The notes under the pieces are model-generated. The model worked only from the letters and a program-made list of their open reading frames with translations, did no database searches and had not been told where the DNA came from. Positions 9,737 to 17,737 of a stretch of 64,000 bases of DNA are shown in pieces. The stretch comes from an uncultured Fimbriimonadales bacterium (lineage in GTDB: Bacteria > Armatimonadota > Fimbriimonadia > Fimbriimonadales > GBS-DC): the NCBI GenBank assembly GCA_964451985.1, contig CAYVKB010000002.1, positions 32,240 to 96,239 of the forward strand, given 5' to 3'. The number at the start of each line of letters is the position of its first letter. Positions within the stretch are counted from its first letter, which is position 1. Position numbers and translations under genes: made by a program.

Positions 9737-10645
9737 ATGCGGAATAGCAAAGCGGCGAAAACCAGAAAACTCATCGCCTTCGGCTGGTACGGCGGCAAGT
9801 TCAGCCATCTGCAGTGGTTACTGCCGTTGCTTCCGCCCACTTATCACTACTGCGAGCCATTCGGCGGCTCAGCGGCAGTGTTGCTAAATCGCATTCCCGC
9901 CCCTGTGGAGACTTACAACGACCTCGACGGAGAAGTGGCGAACTTTTTCCGTGTGCTACGCGACGCCCCTGACGAGCTCATTCGCCGAATCGCACTAACC
10001 CCCTTCTCGCGTGAGGAGCTGCGCCTTGCGTGTAGCGCGGAAAAGTCTAACGACCCCATAGAGCGAGCGCGACGATTTTATGTACGCGCCCGTCAAACGC
10101 GCACGGGGCTTGCTCAGACGGCGACGCCTGGCAGATGGGCATACTGCGTAGGAACCAGCCGCGCGGGTGTTGCAGGCGCGGTCTCTCGCTGGTTCGGCGG
10201 AGTGGAGGCACTGTTCCATATCGCCGACCGATTGCTCGGCGTGCAGATTGAAAGCCTCGACGCTCTGGAAGTGATACGGAAATATGATAGCCCCGACACA
10301 CTGTTTTATTGCGACCCTCCGTATGTGCATGGGGCGCGTGGCGATGTGCATGCCTACGCTTACGAGATGAGCGACGCCGACCATCGGAGGCTGGCAGAGC
10401 TGCTACACACTGTGCAGGGCAAAGTGGCGTTGTCAGGCTATCGCTGTGAGCTAATGGATAGCCTTTACTTGGACTGGTATCGCACTGACGCGCCGCCGCG
10501 CATCTGCCACTCCGTCAAACAAATCCGACAGGAGGTGTTATGGACGAACTACGACCCACAGGAAGCTCTCCAGCAGAACCAGAAAGCCCAGAAGCTATCC
10601 TCGAACGGTGCTACCGCGACGCTGCCGCTCGAGTTGAGCCACTGA
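9737..10645 (+). CDS. Dam-family (D12 class) N6-adenine DNA methyltransferase
   Basis: FGWYGGKFSHLQWLLPLLP, EPFGGSAAVLL, YNDLDGEVANFFRVLRD, FYCDPPYVH. Confidence 0.9.
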   Translation: MRNSKAAKTRKLIAFGWYGGKFSHLQWLLPLLPPTYHYCEPFGGSAAVLLNRIPAPVETYNDLDGEVANFFRVLRDAPDELIRRIALTPFSREELRLACSAEKSNDPIERARRFYVRARQTRTGLAQTATPGRWAYCVGTSRAGVAGAVSRWFGGVEALFHIADRLLGVQIESLDALEVIRKYDSPDTLFYCDPPYVHGARGDVHAYAYEMSDADHRRLAELLHTVQGKVALSGYRCELMDSLYLDWYRTDAPPRICHSVKQIRQEVLWTNYDPQEALQQNQKAQKLSSNGATATLPLELSH

Positions 10646-11691
10646 TTGAAGATGAGCGGCTCAATCTGATTTGCTGCTACCTCACCAATCGTGCCCCCGC
10701 GCGGTTTCTCCTTGCCTGCCTGCTCGCAAAAGTGCATCAACCAACAGTTGACATCCGCAATCCATTCACTGAAATCGGAACAGACGACTGCTACTCAGGT
10801 CGTACTTACGATGAGCGGTATTTGCAAGTGTTTATTATGGAGCATAGTCTGCCACTCAACCGCACAACCGCATTTCTGACTCCTGCCTTTCGCACTTTCA
10901 ACCAACCTCTGCTTGTAGAGACAAAGCTGTCTGGGAAGCCTACCGTACTGTATGCCAGCCTGATTAGCCTGCTCCAAGATATTCAGAAAGGCGTGCATCC
11001 ACCGGAAGATTACCTGAAGGAAGCCTTGAGATTGCTCATCCAGATCCGTGATACCCAACAGCAAGCGATACAGGAGCGCCTTAGCCGCCTTGAGGGTGTT
11101 CACAAAGAACTTGGCACTCAACAAATTTTGGAAATCATATCGAAGCACCTGAAAATGCCACGTTCCAGTCGTCTACCTGTGTTGGTCATTGCCGCAGCTT
11201 ACGACACAACAAAAGAGTCGCTAAGTAAACACTACATGCGCTTACTGCCTCACACTGCTGCTGATAAACCTACTGATGTACTGGGCGACCTTGAAATAGA
11301 ACTATCAGGGCAAGGAATCCCATATATCGTGTACGAAGTCAAGGACAGAGTGATTACTCAGAGCGATATTCAGAATGCGCTTCTCAAGCTAAGCGAGCGC
11401 ACGGAACTACCTGCACAATATGCCTTCGTTGCTACCAAGCCGATACCATCCGCAGTCTATGAATACATCGAATCGATTAATCGCCAGCGGCTCGGTACAG
11501 AACTTCAAGCGTATGACTGTCTGGAATTCCTGAAGTATTTTTTACATTTATTTCACGAAAAGCGAACGCGGTTTCTTGACAGATATAAAGAGTTAGTACT
11601 CAATGAGCCAGCGAGTGCAGTAGCTCAGTCGTTGAAAGAGAAGCTGCTGGAGTTGATTGAGGAAGAGTTAACAGATGTCTCCTCCACTTAG
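10540..11691 (+). CDS. putative type II restriction endonuclease (uncharacterised, PD-(D/E)xK-like)
   Basis: 383-aa ORF directly coupled to the methylase. GGAGG lies 6 nt before ATG 10540. Candidate catalytic motif GDLEIEL...(14 aa)...YEVKD. Visibly AT-richer than its flanks. Confidence 0.5.
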   Translation: MDELRPTGSSPAEPESPEAILERCYRDAAARVEPLIEDERLNLICCYLTNRAPARFLLACLLAKVHQPTVDIRNPFTEIGTDDCYSGRTYDERYLQVFIMEHSLPLNRTTAFLTPAFRTFNQPLLVETKLSGKPTVLYASLISLLQDIQKGVHPPEDYLKEALRLLIQIRDTQQQAIQERLSRLEGVHKELGTQQILEIISKHLKMPRSSRLPVLVIAAAYDTTKESLSKHYMRLLPHTAADKPTDVLGDLEIELSGQGIPYIVYEVKDRVITQSDIQNALLKLSERTELPAQYAFVATKPIPSAVYEYIESINRQRLGTELQAYDCLEFLKYFLHLFHEKRTRFLDRYKELVLNEPASAVAQSLKEKLLELIEEELTDVSST

Positions 11692-11702
11692 TGATTGCTT
11701 TG

Positions 11703-11720
11703 CCACAAGGTATAATCGCC
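11703..11720 (+). repeat. right copy of exact 18-bp direct repeat CCACAAGGTATAATCGCC (contains TATAAT 11711-11716)
   Basis: Read directly. Identical to 9709-9726. Confidence 0.9.
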
Positions 11721-11726
11721 TCCGCT

Positions 11727-13235
11727 ATGGACGCCCGAACAATCTACCAGCACTTGGAGAACTGGCAGAAAGAGACTGCGTTATTAGGTTCTATTGCAGG
11801 CGTATTGGGCTGGGATCAGCGCGTTATGATGCCCGCCAAAGCCGCGCCCCATCGCGCGAACCAGCTAGCGCTGCTGTCGGGGATGATTCACCAGCGCGCC
11901 ACCGACCCGCGCATCGGCGAGTGGCTGCTCGAGCTGGAACAAAGCGACCTGACCCAGCCAGTGGATAGCGTGACCGCTGTGAACATCCGTCAGTGGCGAC
12001 GCGAATATGACAAACTGACCAAACTGCCCACCGAACTGGTGATAGAGTTCACGCGCGTCACCAGCCTCGCCGAAAAGGTGTGGGAGGAAGCACGCGAGGA
12101 GTCGGACTTCAGTCTATTCCAGCCTCATCTGGAGAAGATTGTGAGCCTTGTGCGCGAGATTGCTGAACGGCTGGGGTATGCAACCGAACCTTACGATGCA
12201 CTGTTGGACGAATATGAGCAGGGCATGACCGCGCAGGAGGTGGAGCGGCTCTTCGAGCCGTTGCGCCGCCACACGCCCGAACTGGTCGCGCAGATTCAGA
12301 GCGCCCCGCGCAAGCCGCATACCAGCATCCTGCGCCAACACTACCCTCGCGCCGCGCAGGAAGCCTTCTGCCGCCTCATCGCCGAGTCCATCGGATTCGA
12401 CTGGCAGCGCGGACGGTTGGACCCCACGGTGCATCCGTTCGCTACACGCCTTGCGCCGGGTGATGTGCGCATCACCACGCGCTACTATGAAGATTTCCTG
12501 AACCCGTCGCTGTTCGGCACGATTCACGAGCTGGGGCATGCACTGTACGAGATGGGGCTGCCCGAAGAGCACTGGGGAACTCCGATGGGTGCGTCGACCT
12601 CGCTGGGGATGCACGAGTCGCAATCGCGCATGTGGGAGAACTTCGTGGGGCGCAGCCGCGCGTTTTGGGAGTATTTCTATCCCATCGCGCAGCAGCACTT
12701 CGACACCCTCAAAGACATCTCGCTGGACGACTTTGTGTTTGCTGTGAACGCAGTGCAGCCCTCCACCATTCGCGTGGAAGCCGACGAGGTGACCTATAAC
12801 CTGCACATCATGCTGCGCTTTGAGCTGGAGCTGGCGTTGCTGCGGGGGGAGCTGCAAGTCGCCGACCTGCCCAGCGCGTGGAACGAGCGGTTCAAAGCCT
12901 ATATGGGCTTCACCCCGCCTAACGACGCTGAGGGCGTGCTACAGGATGTTCACTGGTCGGGCGGGATGATTGGCTACTTCCCGACCTATAGTTTAGGCAA
13001 CATCTACGCGGCGCAGCTGTACGAGGCGGCCGAGCGCGACTTGGGCGACCTACACGCGCAGTTCCGTAAGGGCGAGTTTATGCCGTTGCTGGAGTGGCTG
13101 CGTGAGAAGATCCATCAGCAGGGGCAACGCTACTCGGCAAAGGAATTGATTCAGCGCATCACGGGCAACCCGCCCAGTGCTGAGCCGCTGATTGCCTACT
13201 TCCAGCGAAAATTCATGCCCCTGTACGGGCTGTAA
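11727..13235 (+). CDS. carboxypeptidase Taq-type metallopeptidase (M32)
   Basis: HELGHALYE zinc motif, HESQSR, and typical M32 length. Start set at ATG 11727 (MDARTIYQHLENW). Confidence 0.9.
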   Translation: MDARTIYQHLENWQKETALLGSIAGVLGWDQRVMMPAKAAPHRANQLALLSGMIHQRATDPRIGEWLLELEQSDLTQPVDSVTAVNIRQWRREYDKLTKLPTELVIEFTRVTSLAEKVWEEAREESDFSLFQPHLEKIVSLVREIAERLGYATEPYDALLDEYEQGMTAQEVERLFEPLRRHTPELVAQIQSAPRKPHTSILRQHYPRAAQEAFCRLIAESIGFDWQRGRLDPTVHPFATRLAPGDVRITTRYYEDFLNPSLFGTIHELGHALYEMGLPEEHWGTPMGASTSLGMHESQSRMWENFVGRSRAFWEYFYPIAQQHFDTLKDISLDDFVFAVNAVQPSTIRVEADEVTYNLHIMLRFELELALLRGELQVADLPSAWNERFKAYMGFTPPNDAEGVLQDVHWSGGMIGYFPTYSLGNIYAAQLYEAAERDLGDLHAQFRKGEFMPLLEWLREKIHQQGQRYSAKELIQRITGNPPSAEPLIAYFQRKFMPLYGL

Positions 13236-13268
13236 TTACCAATTCCGCGTATAATCGTGTATAATATG

Positions 13269-13364
13269 GGTTGGCGAGGAGGTCCAGAACAGGCTCCTTT
13301 CCGGGCGACTTTCCTCACCAACCCCACCACACACGGGAGGCGCGGATACCCCGCCCGCGCCTCC
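13269..13364 (+). other. structured intergenic region (two GC-rich hairpins) downstream of tandem TATAAT boxes
   Basis: TATAAT at 13250-13255 and 13260-13265. Hairpin 1: GGTTGG.GAGGA...TCCTC.CCAACC (13269-13323). Hairpin 2: GGAGGCGCGG-9 nt-CCGCGCCTCC (13336-13364). Confidence 0.25.
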
Positions 13365-13455
13365 TGAAAAAACCATCGAGCGAGGCGTTTACCCTTAGGA
13401 CTGCCTTGAGAGTGCACAGGTTCCCACGCAAAACCGCTTCAGGTAAAATTTTCGC

Positions 13456-13809
13456 ATGGCGCACCCTCGCATCGTGGGGATGGATCCGTACATCGAAGCG
13501 CAAATCACGCCTGAGCGGATGACTTCCACAGTGATACCTCGCATCGTGGGGATGGATCCGTACATCGAGGCGCAAGCGTGGCGTGATTGCCACGCAGAGA
13601 TGATTTCAGGGATACGCGCATCGCTGACAACCCGGTTCGCGCCCAAGTACATTGCACGCATCGAGGAACAAATCTACATCGACGAAGGATATCACGACGC
13701 ACAAATGCGCGACCCTGACATCGCCCTCGAGAGGGTACGCCCCGGTACATCCCACACAGGTGGCGAAGTTGCTCTTGCTATTAAGCCGATTGAACCAGCC
13801 GCTGCCTGA
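13456..13809 (+). pseudogene. truncated DUF4058-family gene with an internal in-frame duplication
   Basis: PRIVGMDPYIEAQ...WRDCHAEMISGIR...PKYIARIEEQIYI...PDIAL matches the DUF4058 N-terminal pattern (GMDPYLE..W.D.H). Only 117 aa. A 39-nt segment is repeated at 13465-13503 and 13537-13575. Confidence 0.6.
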
Positions 13810-13821
13810 ACCTTTATCACG

Positions 13822-15045
13822 ATGAGCCGTCATACTCCACCACTGGCGCGTTGCTTAAGAATCGATTTTGACCGCGAGCGCTATGCCGTCGGCTTGATGG
13901 CAGGCACTTCGCTGGATGGGATTGACGCGGCACTGGTGCGCATCAAAGGCTCTGGCGACGCAATACAACTACAGACGCTGAGCACTCATCACAGCCCCTA
14001 CACGCCTGAGGAACGCAACGGGCTACTGCAACTAATCCATTTCGGCACAGTTGGCGACTTGTGCACGTGGGATGCTTATCTGGGGGAGCGGTTCGCGCAG
14101 GCGGCTTCGGAAGTAATCAATCTATATAGACACAACTCTCGTCATTCTGCGCGAAGCGAGGAATTGCTCACAGTTCACTTTATCGGTTCACACGGGCAGA
14201 CGGTGTGGCATGCACCCGACGGTAAATTGTTCAACCTACCCGCCCGCAACACGCTACAGATAGGGCAGCCCGACGTGATTGCCGCACGGCTGGGCGTGCC
14301 GGTGGTCGCCGACTTTCGCACGCGGGATATCGTGCATGGCGGGCAGGGCGCACCGCTCGTGCCTATCGTCGACTGGCTGTTGCTGCGCCATCCCGCAGAA
14401 CACCGCGTTGCACTGAACATCGGGGGAATGGCGAATGTAACTGTGCTGCCCGCTGGCGGCGCATCCGAAACGATTCTGGCCTTCGACACCGGACCCGGCA
14501 ACGCGCTTATCGACCGCGCTGTCCAGATTTACACGCAGGGAAAACAGACCTACGACAGAGACGGTAAGTACGCCGCAGAGGGCGAAGCAAACCCAATCGC
14601 TCTCGAACAGATGTTGAGTCATCCCTACTTCGAGCAATCGCCGCCGAAATCCACAGGGCGTGAGATGTTTGGGGAGGAGTATCTGAAGGCGATTATTGTG
14701 GCGTTCGAGATGGAACTCCGCCCTCTCGTGGCGACCCTGACCGAGTTCACAGCGCGCACCATCGCTGATGGGCTGAAACGGTTCGTGCTGCCCGAATATC
14801 CGATTCAGCGCATCATCGTATCAGGTGGCGGGGTGCATAACCGCACGCTGATGGCGCGCCTGCAAGCCCACCTGCCCAACATCGCCGTTGAGCTCTCGGC
14901 GCAGTACGGTATCGATCCCGATTTCAAAGAAGCGATTGCGTTCGCCGCACTGGCGGATAGGTTCCTGCAGGGCTTGCCTACTACCTATCCCAACACGACG
15001 GGCGTATGCAAGCCGTGCACGGCAGGCAAGTTGGCGTTGCCGTAG
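13822..15045 (+). CDS. anmK: anhydro-N-acetylmuramic acid kinase
   Basis: GLMAGTSLDGIDAALV...GSHGQTVWH...GGQGAPLVP...NIGGMANV...DTGPGN...PKSTGRE. Confidence 0.9.
   Translation: MSRHTPPLARCLRIDFDRERYAVGLMAGTSLDGIDAALVRIKGSGDAIQLQTLSTHHSPYTPEERNGLLQLIHFGTVGDLCTWDAYLGERFAQAASEVINLYRHNSRHSARSEELLTVHFIGSHGQTVWHAPDGKLFNLPARNTLQIGQPDVIAARLGVPVVADFRTRDIVHGGQGAPLVPIVDWLLLRHPAEHRVALNIGGMANVTVLPAGGASETILAFDTGPGNALIDRAVQIYTQGKQTYDRDGKYAAEGEANPIALEQMLSHPYFEQSPPKSTGREMFGEEYLKAIIVAFEMELRPLVATLTEFTARTIADGLKRFVLPEYPIQRIIVSGGGVHNRTLMARLQAHLPNIAVELSAQYGIDPDFKEAIAFAALADRFLQGLPTTYPNTTGVCKPCTAGKLALP
14141..14167 (+). repeat. short dispersed element GTCATTCTGCGCGAAGCGAGGAATTGC, in frame inside anmK
   Basis: Related copies at 29008-29030, 34656-34680, 50638-50656 (inverted) and 50681-50715. 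Confidence 0.45.
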
Positions 15046-15139
15046 GTGAGCGCTTCAGCAACCTTGCCCGAAGGCGCAGTGTTCGCATTCAAACGGCTCG
15101 CCGCGCCACAGCACCGGCTTTATCTCTGATATACAAATA

Positions 15140-15164
15140 GCCCCCAGCCTATGCAGCTGGGGGC
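15140..15164 (-). terminator. intrinsic terminator candidate for the PEP-CTERM gene
   Basis: 9-bp stem GCCCCCAGC/GCTGGGGGC with a 7-nt loop. On the minus strand it is followed by TATTTGTATAT. It lies 32 nt after the stop at 15196. Confidence 0.5.
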
Positions 15165-15195
15165 ATGTTCGACGGGAGGTGAGGATGATGCAATA

Positions 15196-15945
15196 TCAAG
15201 CCTTGCGGCGACGTAGTCCCATCAAGCCCGCCAAGCCCGCGCCCAACGCCAACAGGCTTGCAGGCTCTGGAATGACCTGCATGTTGTCGAAAATGAAGTC
15301 CTGGAAGCCACCTGAGTTGAAGTTATTAAAGCCGAACGCCGAGACCGACACTCCGCTGCCCCAGTTGCCCGTGGCGGTGCCTGTCTCTGTGCCGTCCAGG
15401 TGGTTTACGGTCAGCGTGAAGTTGCCGAGATTATCCCAGCCGAGGAAATACTTCAGTCGCCTGCCACGCAGGTCTAAGCTACCCATACTAATCGAACCAG
15501 TGGTCGATCCATAGGCGAAGTAGACTGCGTTGTTGTTAGAAGGATTCATACCGAAGCGCAGTTTCTCCGCCGAACCGTCGTAGATGGTGACGCCTGTGAA
15601 GCCGGACGCGTTGTTCACGTTATGGCGCGCCAGTACGGTGAACTGTCCTGCGGGCAGTGTGGTCAGCAGTGGGCGTCCGATGGCGTAGTTGCCATTGCCT
15701 GAAAACAGCCCCCACGATCGAGAACCGTCCAGCACTTGGAACGACGCTGTCGCAATAAACCGTCCACCCCCGCCTGTAGAAATGTCGTACCAGTTGCCAA
15801 AGCCCGTGCCGCCGTTATTGGTCAGAGCCCAGCCAAGGTCGTAGGCGGAATCGTCGGCATCGTCATTTGCACTGAACGAAGCCCACACAAAGGTCATACT
15901 CAGCGTAATCGCTGTTGCAACAAAGCCTTTCAGAAAAGTTCTCAT
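15196..15945 (-). CDS. PEP-CTERM sorting-domain secreted protein
   Basis: N-terminal signal peptide. C-terminus VIPEPASLLALGAGLAGLMGLRRRKA (PEP motif, TM helix, basic tail). GGAGG RBS. Confidence 0.85.
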   Translation of the reverse strand: MRTFLKGFVATAITLSMTFVWASFSANDDADDSAYDLGWALTNNGGTGFGNWYDISTGGGGRFIATASFQVLDGSRSWGLFSGNGNYAIGRPLLTTLPAGQFTVLARHNVNNASGFTGVTIYDGSAEKLRFGMNPSNNNAVYFAYGSTTGSISMGSLDLRGRRLKYFLGWDNLGNFTLTVNHLDGTETGTATGNWGSGVSVSAFGFNNFNSGGFQDFIFDNMQVIPEPASLLALGAGLAGLMGLRRRKA

Positions 15946-16091
15946 AGTTAGCCTCCACGATGAGTATTGTAGAGGGCGAGACCACTCGCCCTCGAACGGC
16001 GAGAAATCGTATTCTCGCCTCGCGCCCCCATGTTGGGGGCTGGGTACAACAGGGCAAATGATAGATTCAGCGGCAAATGATCCTCGCCTCT

Positions 16092-16119
16092 ATTATAGCA
16101 CATTTTATGCCAAATGCAA
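16092..16119 (-). promoter_or_regulatory. sigma70-like promoter TTGCAT-16-TATAAT facing the PEP-CTERM gene
   Basis: Minus-strand TTGCAT (16114-16119) and TGcTATAAT (16092-16097). It would give a roughly 140-nt leader containing hairpins AGGGCGAG..CTCGCCCT and GCCCCCA..TGGGGGC. Confidence 0.35.
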
Positions 16120-16210
16120 GGAGGCGTGGATAAAACTGGTAATTTTAGGGGGAATGAACCGCTCGAAAGAGATTCGGCGCAACTTGGTATGATTCGGGAC
16201 GCGACTGACG

Positions 16211-17737
16211 ATGGTTCTGGCACTCGATTTAGGCACAACGGCGATTAAGTCGGCGGTGGTCTCGGCGCGGGGCGAGCTGTTGGTGTGGGCGATGGAGGAA
16301 CAGCCGCTTATTTTCACCCCCGACGGAGGCGTGGAGCAAGACCCGCGCGTCTGGTGGAACACGCTCACCCGCGCCGTGCATCGCCTGTGGAGCGATGCAC
16401 CTGAACTGCGAGACGCGGTTCAGGCTATCTGCTGCACGGCGCAGTGGTCGGGCACGGTGGCGGTGGACGCGAGAGGCGAGCCGCTGGGCAACGCGATTAT
16501 CTGGATGGACACGCGCGGCGCGCCCGATGTGGAGACACTTATAGGCGGCTTCCCCAGCGTGATGGGCTACGACCTGTTCAAGCTGCGCGATTGGCTACGC
16601 CTGACAGGGGGCGCGCCCACCCGCTCGGGCAAGGACTCGCTGGCGCATATTCTATACTTGCGCCGTGCTGACCCCGCTCGCTATCGGGCCGCCCACAAGT
16701 TTTTGGAGCCGAAAGACTACCTGAACCTGCGCCTCACAGGGCGATTCGCCAGCTCGCACGAGACGCTTGCCCTGCATTGGATTACCGATAATCGCGACAT
16801 TCGGCGTATCGACTATCACCCGACGCTGTTGCGGTATGCGGGGCTGCTGCGCGAGCAGTTGCCCGATTTGTACCCCAGTACAACAATCTTAGGCGAGCTG
16901 CTGCCTGCTGTTGTCGACGAATGGGAAGTACCGAAGGGCGTACGGGTCGTCTTAGGCACGCCCGATTTGCATGCCACAGCGATTGGCTCTGGTGGTATCG
17001 TCGATTTTCAGGCGCATATGGCGCTCAGTACCTCCGCATGGATTACCTGCCATGTGCCGTTCAAGCGCACGGATTTACTGCGCAACATCGCGACGCTGCC
17101 CGCAGGTATACCAGGACGCTATTTTATTGCAAACGAACAGGAGACGGCAGGCGCGTGTCTGAACTGGCTCAGCAGACTGTTCTGGGGCGAGTGTCCACCT
17201 GCGGACGCCTACACGCAGTTAGACGCGCTGGCGGCACAGGTCGGCGTGGGCGCGGATGGTGTGCGGTTCACCCCGTGGCTGGCGGGTGAGCGCACACCTA
17301 TTGAGAATCCCCACATCCGCGCAGGTTTCTATGGCTTGAGCTTGCAGCATGGTAGGGCGCATCTGGCGCGCGCCGTGCTGGAAGGCGTCGCGCTAAATGC
17401 CCGCTGGCTGCTAAAAGCTGTCGAGCGGATTGCCGGCAGGCGGCTGAACCCCATACGGCTCATCGGTGGTGGAGCGCGCTCGGAACTCTGGGCGCAAATC
17501 CTTGCGGATGTGTTAAACCGCGATATTTATCAGATGGTGCAGCCCCAGATGGCGACTGTGCGCGGCGCAGGCATGCTCGGCGCAGTCGCGATGGGCTGGA
17601 CAAGCTGGGCAGAACTGGAGCAACACGCCCCTGTACAGGCGCGCTTCGTGCCCGAACCCGACCGCACGCGCCAGTACGACGCCCTGTATCGCGAGTTTCG
17701 CACGCGCTATCAGGTAGAGTCTCGGCGGAAACGATGA
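16211..17737 (+). CDS. FGGY-family carbohydrate kinase (xylulokinase-like)
   Basis: MVLALDLGTTAIKSAVV...GTPDLHATAIGSG...GGGARS. Length 508 aa. Confidence 0.85.
   Translation: MVLALDLGTTAIKSAVVSARGELLVWAMEEQPLIFTPDGGVEQDPRVWWNTLTRAVHRLWSDAPELRDAVQAICCTAQWSGTVAVDARGEPLGNAIIWMDTRGAPDVETLIGGFPSVMGYDLFKLRDWLRLTGGAPTRSGKDSLAHILYLRRADPARYRAAHKFLEPKDYLNLRLTGRFASSHETLALHWITDNRDIRRIDYHPTLLRYAGLLREQLPDLYPSTTILGELLPAVVDEWEVPKGVRVVLGTPDLHATAIGSGGIVDFQAHMALSTSAWITCHVPFKRTDLLRNIATLPAGIPGRYFIANEQETAGACLNWLSRLFWGECPPADAYTQLDALAAQVGVGADGVRFTPWLAGERTPIENPHIRAGFYGLSLQHGRAHLARAVLEGVALNARWLLKAVERIAGRRLNPIRLIGGGARSELWAQILADVLNRDIYQMVQPQMATVRGAGMLGAVAMGWTSWAELEQHAPVQARFVPEPDRTRQYDALYREFRTRYQVESRRKR

Noticed and set aside
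9727-11702. Transposase, integrase or terminal inverted repeats associated with the R-M cassette.
   Set aside because: No such gene or IR is visible. Only the 18-bp direct repeats flank the cassette, so it is described as a cassette and not as a classical mobile element.
13336-13364. GC-rich hairpin as the intrinsic terminator of the M32 carboxypeptidase gene.
   Set aside because: It is followed by an A run rather than a U run on the plus strand, and on the minus strand the T run precedes the stem. It lies about 100 nt past the stop, beyond two promoter-like boxes.
13266-13367. 33-codon ATG ORF immediately after the second TATAAT box (MGWRGGPEQAPF...).
   Set aside because: The sequence is low-complexity and the region is better explained by the two hairpins. 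It is kept only as part of the candidate structured-RNA observation.
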